IMG/VR virus record: IMGVR_UViG_2563366928_000009
Reading direction: 5' to 3' (one strand)
Source: a virus
Taxonomy: Duplodnaviria > Heunggongvirae > Uroviricota > Caudoviricetes
DNA: 18,508 nt
This document shows, one piece after another, positions 9,053-16,652 of the stretch; position 1 is the first letter of the stretch, and each line of letters starts with the position of its first letter. Below the pieces are notes generated by a model that was given only the letters and a program-made list of their open reading frames with translations, had not been told where the DNA came from and made no database searches. Position numbers and translations under genes: made by a program.

Positions 9053-9149
9053 GCGTTAATTTTTTTGTCGTGATATAAGAATAATTCCTTACACTTAATC
9101 TTCGTAACTCTCCCGCAGTTCCTGTCCGCGATCACTGCGGGATTTTTTT
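9053..9149 (+). ncRNA. candidate small RNA of about 95 nt (promoter to terminator); unnamed
   Basis: Bounded by the promoter at 9019-9046 and the terminator at 9111-9149. No plausible ORF or RBS inside. AU-rich 5' portion followed by a terminator stem-loop and U-tract, an architecture typical of Hfq-binding sRNAs. Inferred, not demonstrated. Confidence 0.35.
9111..9149 (+). terminator. strong Rho-independent terminator on the plus strand
   Basis: TCCCGCAGT (9111-9119), 14-nt loop, ACTGCGGGA (9134-9142), then TTTTTTT (9143-9149). On the minus strand the hairpin is preceded by A's and not followed by U's, so it is plus-strand specific. Confidence 0.65.
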
Positions 9150-9156
9150 ATTCTTT

Positions 9157-9837
9157 TTACCCCTGCCGCCCGATAACCACGACCTTTCCGCCCCCGCCTT
9201 CATCACGGGTGCTGATGTCCTGGGATATACGGCGGGAGCCAACCAGCATTTCCCCGTAAGGCACCGGCATCGGGTTCCCCTGGGCAATCATGTTATCCAG
9301 CGAGGAAAAGTACGTGTTCTGTCTGCCGTTATCCGTTGCGCGGTAATCCGGTGTTTTTGCCTTCGGGGCCAGCATCTGGGCCACACCGCCCAGTATCATG
9401 CTGGCCCCCAGTGAAAACAGCATCGTGGTGGCAGAAAAACCGCCGGCACTCAGGGCTGTACCCCATAACACCATTGATGCCCCGGCCGTGAAGAAAGAGC
9501 CCACGATGGCTGCCGCCCCCAGCACAATCTGCAGTCCACCCTTTCCGGCCCCGGCCAGTCGCGGCACAATGTGGATGACCGTTCCCTCACCCAGCTGTTC
9601 GTGAAGACGGGCGTACACCGCCTCCGGTGCCGTGTCATCACCGGCAATACGTATCTGGTACCAGCCTTCGTTCATCTGACGGCGAAAGCCCGGCATCTGC
9701 ATCGACAGGGCGCGAATGGCTTCCGCTGCCGTGTTCACATACAGGCTGAGGCGGCGGCCAAATCGTTGTAAATCCCCGTGAAGGCGGATGCGTGCCAGTG
9801 GCGGTGACGCCAGACTGAATGCGTTCGTCGTTGCCAT
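9157..9837 (-). CDS. I: tail assembly protein I
   Basis: 226-aa ORF, ATG at 9837. MATTNAFSLASPPLARIRLHGDLQRFGRRLSLYV...LGASMILGGVAQMLAPKAKTP...NTYFSSLDNM matches lambda I closely. The 5' end overlaps the 3' end of K by about 100 bp, as in lambda. Confidence 0.92.
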   Translation of the reverse strand: MATTNAFSLASPPLARIRLHGDLQRFGRRLSLYVNTAAEAIRALSMQMPGFRRQMNEGWYQIRIAGDDTAPEAVYARLHEQLGEGTVIHIVPRLAGAGKGGLQIVLGAAAIVGSFFTAGASMVLWGTALSAGGFSATTMLFSLGASMILGGVAQMLAPKAKTPDYRATDNGRQNTYFSSLDNMIAQGNPMPVPYGEMLVGSRRISQDISTRDEGGGGKVVVIGRQG

Positions 9838-10478
9838 TTTTCGGAATACCTCTCCCGTTTACTCAGTTGTTCAGGAATATGGTGAAGCAGCTCACCGTTG
9901 CCGCAGTAAATGGCGGCATGGTTCGGTACCGAAGCACCAAAGCAGCACAGCAGAATATCGCCCGCCTGTGCAGAGGACAGGGGCACCCGGTAAAAGCCGG
10001 TGACCGCCATATTGTCCAGGTAAAGGTTCTGACCGTTGCGCCACCAGTCATCCTCGCGATGAAAATCCGGCATTTCAGTCCCCGCCAGATGGTATGCATC
10101 CCGGAACAGGGTGTAACAGTCCGTCACCCCGTGCTCAAAGCGCCGTCCCGTCAGGTGCGGCACGCAGCGGAATTTGTGAATGTCACCCCGGCAGACCAGC
10201 CACCAGGGCAGTGCGCTTTTTATCTGCAGCCGCCGGTCAGCCTCGCTCAGCCAGGGCAGCCCACCGGGATGACTGTGGACCAGTGCCACAATCTCCCCCT
10301 GCATCTCTGCCCGCAGCCAGTCTTCCGGTGCGATACGAAAATACGCCTCCGGCTCCGCGGAAATATTCACACAAGGGATATACCGCTCCCCCTCCGGCGT
10401 GCTTATCACGAAGCCGCACGACTCCGCAGGCGCACACCGCCGGGCATGCGCCAGAATCGCTGATTCAGTCTGTGTCAT
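9735..10478 (-). CDS. K: tail assembly protein K (JAMM/MPN plus NlpC/P60-like domains)
   Basis: The true start is the ATG at 10478 (MTQTESAILAHARRCAPAESCGF...), 10 nt after the L stop; the track ORF extends further upstream into L and is rejected. ALVHSHPGG matches a JAMM-type motif. Near-identical to lambda K over its length. Confidence 0.9.
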   Translation of the reverse strand: MTQTESAILAHARRCAPAESCGFVISTPEGERYIPCVNISAEPEAYFRIAPEDWLRAEMQGEIVALVHSHPGGLPWLSEADRRLQIKSALPWWLVCRGDIHKFRCVPHLTGRRFEHGVTDCYTLFRDAYHLAGTEMPDFHREDDWWRNGQNLYLDNMAVTGFYRVPLSSAQAGDILLCCFGASVPNHAAIYCGNGELLHHIPEQLSKRERYSEKWQRRTHSVWRHRHWHASAFTGIYNDLAAASACM

Positions 10479-10488
10479 AAACCGGGAT

Positions 10489-11187
10489 TTACTGCGAAAG
10501 TTTATTAATGGAAAGGAAACCGCCAAAATTGCCGACATTCCTGCGCAGTTCACACCCGCGCATGCACTTGCTGCATCTGTCCTTACGGATATCCGTGGTG
10601 GGTTTATCGAACTCATCCGCCACAGCCCCGCCCGTGTAACCACACTCATCAGAGCGGTAGGTCCACATACAGGTGTTCGCCAGCATGATACGACCGGGAA
10701 ACAGCGCCCCGTCCGTCTCGGTCGGTGTGGCCAGCACAAACGAGGCCGTCATGGCTGTCAGCTGCGACATCTGCTCCACCACCCAGCGGTCACTCAGCTC
10801 CTGCTCCGGGTCCGCCTCCGGATTGCCCGCAACGAAATTCACCGCATCCAGAAAACGGGCATACACCCGGCGGCGGACCACCGTGGCCCCCACCAGACTC
10901 TGCAGGTCTTCCGCCATCCCGGTGACCAGACCAAACAGATTGGACACCGTCAGCGATGGTCTGGCACTGCTGCCCTTCCCGTTCATCTCAAAGCCACTCC
11001 CCTCAATCGGGTACGCCTGATATTCACGCCCCTGCCAGGTCACCGGCTCCCCTTTTTCATTCAGCTCATTGCAGAAAAAATACCGCTCACCGCCCTGCAC
11101 CGTCAGGTCGATTTCCCAGAGTACCACCCGCGGTGACTGCTCTGACTTAACCGACTCGTTCAGACTTTCTTCGTGAATATCCTGCAT
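10489..11187 (-). CDS. L: minor tail protein L
   Basis: 232-aa ORF, ATG at 11187 overlapping the M stop (ATGA). MQDIHEESLNE...VVLWEIDLTVQGGERYFFCNE...NVGNFGGFLSINKLSQ is near-identical to lambda L. Confidence 0.95.
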   Translation of the reverse strand: MQDIHEESLNESVKSEQSPRVVLWEIDLTVQGGERYFFCNELNEKGEPVTWQGREYQAYPIEGSGFEMNGKGSSARPSLTVSNLFGLVTGMAEDLQSLVGATVVRRRVYARFLDAVNFVAGNPEADPEQELSDRWVVEQMSQLTAMTASFVLATPTETDGALFPGRIMLANTCMWTYRSDECGYTGGAVADEFDKPTTDIRKDRCSKCMRGCELRRNVGNFGGFLSINKLSQ

Positions 11188-11528
11188 CAGTTCACCACCT
11201 GCTCAATCGTACAGCTGAAATCACTGTACCGGGCGTTATCCGTGACGCTCCACTCCCGACACACCACCCTCACCGTCCGGTTATGTTTCGGCGGTCGCCA
11301 CAAAAAGGCACGGTAACCACCATGCCAGGATAAAAATTCATCCAGCCAGCGCCGGGTTGACTCATCCGTCACCCGGAACACCGCCTGAAACGTCTTCAGT
11401 CTGGCATTAAGTCCCGTCGGTCGGCGCTGTTCATAACCGTCACCAAACCGAACCCTCACCACCGACGGTTTCTCACTCACCTGCATCCCTTCACGCGGGA
11501 CCAGATGCAGCGTTTTTATCTCAGCCAC
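11187..11528 (-). CDS. M: minor tail protein M
   Basis: 113-aa ORF with GTG start at 11528 (GGAGGA RBS 5 nt upstream), overlapping the H stop. VRVRFGDGYEQRRPTGLNARLKTF...FLWRPP...EQVVN matches lambda M (VRKVRFGDGYSQRAPAGLNANLKTY...FLWTPP...EQVVN). Confidence 0.9.
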   Translation of the reverse strand: MAEIKTLHLVPREGMQVSEKPSVVRVRFGDGYEQRRPTGLNARLKTFQAVFRVTDESTRRWLDEFLSWHGGYRAFLWRPPKHNRTVRVVCREWSVTDNARYSDFSCTIEQVVN

Positions 11529-14500
11529 TCAGCATTCCTCCGTCACGTCGCATGGACAGCATCACCGCCTGCACCCGCTGGTCAATCAGCTGCACAAGAC
11601 TGCCTGCCGCCTCCGGCCCTATCTGTCCGTTAGCCCCGTCATTCTGAATGGCGATGTGGTAGACCGGGGAATACACCAGACCGGCACTGCCGTTCATACT
11701 GCCCACCGCGCGTACGCCCAGCGAGCCATCCGCCGCCCGGGTCAGGGGCATAATGGCTTCAGGTCCGGCTTCCCCCATCAGCCCGGCCCCTTTTGCAAAC
11801 GCAAAGTACGTGGGCGTGTCCACAATGCTGTTGCTGTACGCACTCAGGTTTGCCGAGGTATACACGCCGCCTTTTGCATTGGCCACCGCACCGCCCAGCC
11901 AGTCACCAATGCTGCCAATAAATCCTCCCGCACCGGACATACCGTTTGCCGCCGTCTTAATTCCGTTGACAATCGCGGCATTCATAAGAACTTTTGAGAT
12001 TTCCTGCAGTACGGATGAGGCCCAGTTGCGCCATTCCACTTTGTTTCCGTTCAGCATCTCCGTGATGTTATTCACCAGTCCTGAAATCCCCTCCGTTGCC
12101 AGCTGTGCTGCCTGAGAGGCGTAATCGGATGCATTGTCCACCCAGTTACTGAGCCCCTCCTGCAAGCCTTTCTGCCAGTCCGCACGCTGCGCATCCGATT
12201 CGGCATAAAAGGCTGCCTGGTCCTTAAGGCGTTCGCTCAGATACTGCGCGTTCTGTGCCCGTGCCTGTCTGTAAAAATCCTCACTGATATCCCCGGTCTG
12301 ATACTGAGACTGAAGGTCCGCATCCTTCTGGCGGAAGCTGTCGCGGATCTGCTGCAACTCCCGCATGCGTTCCCTGGCTCGTTCTCCCTGCCCGTACCCC
12401 AGCAGTTCGGCTTCATTTGATGCACGCGCAGCCACATTATCATTCTTCAGGGTCTCTTCCCGGGATCGCAACTGTTCCCGGATTTTTTGCTGGTCAATCA
12501 GGGCCGCATTGCGCAGCAGTTCCTGCTTCTGTATCTCCGTCAGGGTTTTCAGTTCGCCCTGCGCTGTCTGGTACTTCAGCTTCGCCAGCTCTGTATTCTG
12601 ACCCGCCAGTGCCAGTTGCTCTTTCTGCTGCTTCAGTAGCCGGGAAAAACTGTCTTCCGCTTTTTCCGTCTCTGATTTTCCACCCCGGGATTTGGTTTTA
12701 TTCGCCTCGTTATTGCGCCAGGCTTCCAAGGCATTACTGATATAACGTTGTCTCGCCTCCTGATACGGATCACCCACAAAACCGAGGTCATCCGCCGCAT
12801 ACCCCAGTCGGACACGCTCTTTTTCTTCCCCTTTCAGTCTGGACAGGGCCAGCTCACGCTCTGTTTTTGTCAGGGCACTCTGCTGTTTATCATCCAGAGT
12901 GGCCTGTGGCAGCCGTAACGGCACATTCACCAGTCCCTGCCGCTGCTGAAGCAGTTCATTCCCCAGCCCCAGCAGACGGTTGAATTCCGTATGCTGAACA
13001 TTCGTCTGCAGTAATGCCTGGTATGCCCTGTTCTGCTCTGCCGCCTCCTCACGTATCCTCGCCACACGGTTGTATTCCAGTGACGCCAGCGTTTCCTGTA
13101 CAGACTTCGCCTTTTCCTGTATCTGTGTCAGGCGTGACTGCTCGACCGCCAGCCTGCCGGTTGCCTCCGCAAGGCCGTGGGTTATAATCTCCGCACCTGA
13201 ACCACCCTGTGGATTTTCCTGCAGCCAGCGCTGATAGTCAGCAATCTGTGTTTTCAGTCCCCGGACTTTACTTTCCTGCTCAGCAATCAGACGATTCTGC
13301 TCTTCCAGTGCCTCGCGGGTTTTACCCTCATTATCAGCCAGTTCCGGAAGGGTCATTCCCGGTACCTTTGCCCGGATTTCATCAATCGTCGATGCATACT
13401 GACGGGCGGACTCCCTGGCCTGTTCCTGATTCTGGTACACCGTGTACCAGGCACCGGCTCCCAGCATCAGTAAACCGGGTATCCCGCCGACAAGCGAAAG
13501 CAGGGATGCCGCGCCACTTTTCAGCATTCCCGTAACCGACGTGGCATTCTCCAGCGCCTTCCTCGAGGCCGCCACCGCCTGATTCGACTGTACCAGTGCG
13601 GCATTGGCCACAATCATGGCCCGGCGTTTTGCGACGGCATTCTGTGTGGCCAGCGCCTCCGCACTGGTGTTTCTGGCCAGTGCAAGTTCAGCCTGTGCCA
13701 GTTGCCAGGCACGTTCTGCCGCCAGCGCGTCAGCTGCCGCCTTACGCTGCACCTGAACAGACGCATCTGCCTGTGCGGCTGCCAGGGCAACCGTCCCGGA
13801 CTTCGCCGCGATCAGCTCTGTGGTGGCCTTTCCCACGCCTGCGGCCATATTGCCAAAGTACCGGGCCACCCCGACAGCAACCAGCACGCCCGCCGCCGCG
13901 GCCACATTATCAATATGTCCGGCCACACCATTCAGCACGCCGGAGAGCGTTTTCGTCGAGCCGCTGGCCTCATTCACACCGCCCACCCAGGCCATAAAGG
14001 CGTTTTCCACCTTTGTGATACTACCGGAAACCGTTTCCGGCATGGCCGCATATTCATCACGTAATATCCCCAGCTGGCTGATTAACGCGGGGACCACTTT
14101 ATCCGCTGTCAGTTTTCCGTCATCCGCCATTGCCTTCAGATCTTTACGGGCCACCCCCATCCCCGCAGCAAGCGCGCGGATCACCCGGTCGCCATTTTCG
14201 TTAACAGCATTAAATTCTTCGCCACGCAGTACACCCTGTGCCAGTGCCTGGCTGAACTGGGTGATCACCGAACCGGATTCCGCAACTCCAGCCCCTGACA
14301 GTTTCAGTCCTGTCGAAATGGCCTCCGTCACCTTCAGCACATCATCAGCACTGTAACCATATTCACGCATCGAGGCAGCCGAACGGGCAAACAGGGCCGC
14401 ATTATCCGAAAACGCGGTACCTGTCCGCTGACTGATATCCATCAGCACTTTCTGTGATGACGAAAATTCATCGGATGACTGCGACGCCTGTTTCAGACGG

Positions 14501-14607
14501 GCATTTACGGAACTCCACTCATCCGCCAGTGAAATCAGGTGTCCGGTGGCAAAGGCACCGGCAAATGCGCCAGCCACTCCGACAGCAGAACCGCGAATTT
14601 CCGTCAA
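11521..14607 (-). CDS. H: tail tape measure protein H, main open frame (begins 24 codons downstream of an in-frame TAG; see pseudogene feature and finding)
   Basis: 1028-codon frame. The track start at 14607 is a TTG. Long coiled-coil central region. C-terminus HIAIQNDGANGQIGPEAAGSLVQLIDQRVQAVMLSMRRDGGMLSG matches the lambda H C-terminus (VVINNDGTNGQIGPAALKAVYDMARKGARDEIQTQMRDGGLFSG). The same frame continues upstream through a TAG at 14677-14679 to an ATG at 14787. Confidence 0.85.
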   Translation of the reverse strand: MTEIRGSAVGVAGAFAGAFATGHLISLADEWSSVNARLKQASQSSDEFSSSQKVLMDISQRTGTAFSDNAALFARSAASMREYGYSADDVLKVTEAISTGLKLSGAGVAESGSVITQFSQALAQGVLRGEEFNAVNENGDRVIRALAAGMGVARKDLKAMADDGKLTADKVVPALISQLGILRDEYAAMPETVSGSITKVENAFMAWVGGVNEASGSTKTLSGVLNGVAGHIDNVAAAAGVLVAVGVARYFGNMAAGVGKATTELIAAKSGTVALAAAQADASVQVQRKAAADALAAERAWQLAQAELALARNTSAEALATQNAVAKRRAMIVANAALVQSNQAVAASRKALENATSVTGMLKSGAASLLSLVGGIPGLLMLGAGAWYTVYQNQEQARESARQYASTIDEIRAKVPGMTLPELADNEGKTREALEEQNRLIAEQESKVRGLKTQIADYQRWLQENPQGGSGAEIITHGLAEATGRLAVEQSRLTQIQEKAKSVQETLASLEYNRVARIREEAAEQNRAYQALLQTNVQHTEFNRLLGLGNELLQQRQGLVNVPLRLPQATLDDKQQSALTKTERELALSRLKGEEKERVRLGYAADDLGFVGDPYQEARQRYISNALEAWRNNEANKTKSRGGKSETEKAEDSFSRLLKQQKEQLALAGQNTELAKLKYQTAQGELKTLTEIQKQELLRNAALIDQQKIREQLRSREETLKNDNVAARASNEAELLGYGQGERARERMRELQQIRDSFRQKDADLQSQYQTGDISEDFYRQARAQNAQYLSERLKDQAAFYAESDAQRADWQKGLQEGLSNWVDNASDYASQAAQLATEGISGLVNNITEMLNGNKVEWRNWASSVLQEISKVLMNAAIVNGIKTAANGMSGAGGFIGSIGDWLGGAVANAKGGVYTSANLSAYSNSIVDTPTYFAFAKGAGLMGEAGPEAIMPLTRAADGSLGVRAVGSMNGSAGLVYSPVYHIAIQNDGANGQIGPEAAGSLVQLIDQRVQAVMLSMRRDGGMLSG

Positions 14608-14676
14608 CTGGCTGTTCAGCTCAGCCAGGGCGCGTCGCTGCTCCCGGGCGACTGCGGCAGCCTGACGCCCGCCATT

Positions 14677-14787
14677 CTACAGGGTCCGGTAATATTCACT
14701 GCCCATGCGGGAAGCCCGCTGGATCTCCGACTGGAATGACTGCGAATTTGCCGAAATTTTGATAATCAGTTCACGTAACGTCGCCAT
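14677..14787 (-). pseudogene. H: 5' segment of the tape measure gene: ATG at 14787, 36 sense codons, then in-frame amber TAG at 14677-14679
   Basis: RBS GGAGAAAGG precedes ATG 14787. The encoded MATLRELIIKISANSQSFQSEIQRASRMGSEYYRTL follows the lambda H N-terminal pattern (GDLVVDLSLDAARFDEQMARVRR). It is in the same frame as the main H ORF and separated from it only by the TAG. There is no ATG or GTG between the TAG and 14607. Confidence 0.6.
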
Positions 14788-14802
14788 TCACCTTTCTCCG
14801 GA

Positions 14803-14826
14803 CGAAAAAAAACCGCCTCAGCGGTT
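14803..14826 (-). terminator. short hairpin plus U8 tract between T and H (terminator or attenuator-like)
   Basis: On the minus strand: AACCGC, loop TGAG, GCGGTT, then TTTTTTTT, just upstream of the H RBS. Stem is only 6 bp. Confidence 0.4.
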
Positions 14827-14834
14827 CTCATCAT

Positions 14835-15514
14835 TTATGACTGTGCAGCAAGGCTCAGCGCGTCTTCCAGTCCCGCAAAAGGATCCGCTTCCGGCTTGTC
14901 CTCATCCTCGCCCCAGCAGAGCATGGCGTCCTTCAGTGAAACATTCATCCCCTGCGCCCCGAAAACCGCTTTCACGATCTGCGCATTACGGATATCCCCG
15001 CGCTCATCGCCCAGCGGGGACACCCTGTCGAACTCCATCCACATCATCGCCTCGCTCGCACTCAGACTGTGGCGCAGTTCGGATAAGGTGCGCCCCAGAC
15101 GGAGCGCAAGTCGCATCAGAAAGCGAATTTCCGGGCGGGCTACTTTTTTCTTGCCGACTCAGCATCGGTGATCAGTTCCAGTGCCTGACGCAGCAACCGG
15201 GCATGCACCGGACCATAGACAGCCAGCACCTGCTCGCGATCATCTGCGGTGAACACACGTTTCATGTCCTTATCACACAGAACATCACAGAACAACGTCA
15301 CATCCGCCTCCAGGTTACGGCGGGTTTTTGCCACCACCGACAGGGTATCGTCACCCGCATCATCGCCATTAAGAACTTCCCGCCAAAGATACCAGGCCTC
15401 TGCCGAAGGCTCGCGCAGCACCACGCTGACATTCCCCCATTCCGGCACCTTCACCGTTTTATGACGAAATCCGGACAGTCTGGCCAGCGCCAGTGTTTTC
15501 AGATCTTTTGCCAT
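14835..15514 (-). CDS. GT: tail assembly chaperone G-T fusion, made by a programmed -1 ribosomal frameshift at the end of G
   Basis: The G frame ends ...ESARKK then TAG (15140-15142). A slippery heptamer A AAA AAG occupies 15143-15149 on the minus strand. A -1 shift continues as VARPEIRFLMRLALRLGRTLSELR... to TAA at 14835-14837. Position between V and H matches lambda G/G-T. Confidence 0.7.
15140..15514 (-). CDS. G: tail assembly chaperone G (zero-frame product)
   Basis: Preferred start is the ATG at 15514 (MAKDLKTLALARLSGF...), with an AAGGA Shine-Dalgarno 7 nt upstream and 13 nt after the V stop. The alternative in-frame ATG at 15541 overlaps V and lacks a good RBS. Stop TAG at 15140-15142. 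Confidence 0.75.
   Translation of the reverse strand: MAKDLKTLALARLSGFRHKTVKVPEWGNVSVVLREPSAEAWYLWREVLNGDDAGDDTLSVVAKTRRNLEADVTLFCDVLCDKDMKRVFTADDREQVLAVYGPVHARLLRQALELITDAESARKK
15143..15149 (-). promoter_or_regulatory. -1 programmed frameshift slippery heptamer A AAA AAG (G to G-T)
   Basis: An X XXY YYZ motif in the G frame immediately before the G stop codon; the -1 frame downstream is open and continues into the T reading frame. Confidence 0.65.
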
Positions 15515-15527
15515 CGGATTATCCTTA

Positions 15528-16241
15528 TCAACCTGCGCCATTTACCGTTACCGTGCACGCGTCAGAGGTAATTCTCTGCGGCTGTTCTGCAGAATCCGTT
15601 ACCATGCAGGTATAAGCCCCCTTATCACCTGACTGCGTATTGGCTTTACTGAAAGTGTCAGTAGTCTGTCCCTCGACCGGCTGACCATCCTTCTTCCAGG
15701 CGTATTTATAAGGCGGCGTTCCCCCGTTGACACTGACTGACATTGTCAGCAGCGCACCGGTATTCACGGTAAGCTTCGCCTCCGGCTTTTTAACAAACGC
15801 CAGCGGTACCACATAGGACACCGTTTTGCCTTTCAGACGCAGTGAAAACGTTGCTGCCACCACGCCGTTGGTACCGGATGACCAGGTGTGCTGACGCACT
15901 TCCGCCAGGAACTTAAAGCCCTTACCGGACGGAAACTGCACCTTAAACGCATACAACGAGTCATTGTCATAGGCATCACGCAGGGCGTTCTGGGCCTGAT
16001 TCAGATAAAAATTACCCGACATGGAAATCTCAGACGACGCCCCCAGACCGTTGATGTTCTCCTGCTCTGTGGAGCAGAGCGTGGTCACATCAATATCCTG
16101 TTTCTGACCGGCGGTGAACTGGACTTCCTTGATGGTGCAGTCCAGGCGCAGATATTCCGCCTTATCCATAGTTTCAGCAGTCGCCGGGGCAGATGAAATC
16201 ATCACCTGCGTCAGCTGTGAGCGTTCATACAAAGCAGACAT
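15528..16241 (-). CDS. V: major tail tube protein V with a C-terminal Ig-like domain
   Basis: 237-aa ORF, ATG at 16241 with an AGGAGG RBS. Position directly upstream of G/G-T. C-terminal segment (PPYKYAWKKDGQPVEGQ...GAYTCMVTDSAEQ...TVTVNG) looks Ig-like, as in the lambda V C-terminal domain. The N-terminal tube domain is diverged from lambda V. Confidence 0.85.
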   Translation of the reverse strand: MSALYERSQLTQVMISSAPATAETMDKAEYLRLDCTIKEVQFTAGQKQDIDVTTLCSTEQENINGLGASSEISMSGNFYLNQAQNALRDAYDNDSLYAFKVQFPSGKGFKFLAEVRQHTWSSGTNGVVAATFSLRLKGKTVSYVVPLAFVKKPEAKLTVNTGALLTMSVSVNGGTPPYKYAWKKDGQPVEGQTTDTFSKANTQSGDKGAYTCMVTDSAEQPQRITSDACTVTVNGAG

Positions 16242-16254
16242 TCTGCCTCCTGAT

Positions 16255-16279
16255 AATAAAAAACCCGCACGCGGCGGGG
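16255..16279 (-). terminator. terminator-like hairpin plus U-tract immediately upstream of the V RBS
   Basis: On the minus strand: CCCGC, loop CGCGT, GCGGG, then TTTTTTATT, followed by AGGAGG and the V ATG. Stem is only 5 bp. Confidence 0.45.
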
Positions 16280-16290
16280 TATGGGTTTTG

Positions 16291-16319
16291 TAGAAAAAAA
16301 GAAAAAGTCACACCGTGAC
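16291..16319 (-). terminator. second hairpin plus U-rich tract overlapping the stop codon of the tail terminator gene
   Basis: On the minus strand: GTCAC, loop GGT, GTGAC (the TGA stop lies within the stem), then TTTTTCTTTTTTTCTA. Weak 5-bp stem but a long U-rich tail. Confidence 0.35.
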
Positions 16320-16652
16320 CTGAAACTCCAGGGTTGCACGGTAACAGCGGTTTTCCGGAATATAGTCCTGCATTTCACTGACCGATTCCGGGGCCAGCGA
16401 CATGATGGACTCACGGGCCTGCTGACGTATCTGACGCGCCTGTGTGACCGTCACCGCATAAACGTCAATCTGCACCGACACCGATGACTCTGCCTGTCCG
16501 CCCATCACGTCCGCAGACACCGATGAAATCAGGCTGAAAACCACCCACGGTAACGATACAGAGGGTCTGCCATCCTGCAGGGGAACCACATACGGATACG
16601 CCTGCCCTCCCGCAAGATGCGCCAGATGTGGGTACAAATCCGTCTCCGTCAT
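16308..16652 (-). CDS. tail terminator/completion protein (DUF3168-like; occupies the lambda U position)
   Basis: 114-aa ORF, ATG at 16652 overlapping the upstream gene stop (ATGA). Sits immediately upstream of the major tail gene. Pattern LYPHLAHLAGGQAYPYVVPLQDGRPSVSLPWVVF resembles tail-terminator families as I remember them. No clear similarity to lambda U itself. Confidence 0.6.
   Translation of the reverse strand: MTETDLYPHLAHLAGGQAYPYVVPLQDGRPSVSLPWVVFSLISSVSADVMGGQAESSVSVQIDVYAVTVTQARQIRQQARESIMSLAPESVSEMQDYIPENRCYRATLEFQVTV

Noticed and set aside
8794-9135. 113-aa minus-strand ORF and 94-aa plus-strand ORF (8789-9073) in the I-J spacer
   Set aside because: Both run straight through strong hairpin/terminator structures and overlap the J start. 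The minus-strand one starts at GTG inside the terminator stem. Neither has a convincing RBS. The promoter-terminator unit is a better explanation. A small protein cannot be fully excluded.
9053-9149. Identification of the candidate sRNA as a known prophage anti-sRNA (for example a GcvB mimic)
   Set aside because: No CA-rich GcvB-target-like motif is evident and I cannot match it to any named sRNA from memory. Left unnamed.
9735-10739. Track ORF extends K upstream to 10739 (334 aa), overlapping L by about 250 bp
   Set aside because: The extension has no similarity to K. The conserved K N-terminus (MTQTESAILAH...) begins at the ATG at 10478, which lies 10 nt after the L stop as in lambda.
14835-15116. 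T as an independently initiated gene from the ATG at 15116
   Set aside because: No Shine-Dalgarno upstream of that ATG. The open -1 frame reaches back to the A AAA AAG slippery site at the G stop, which fits a G-T frameshift product.
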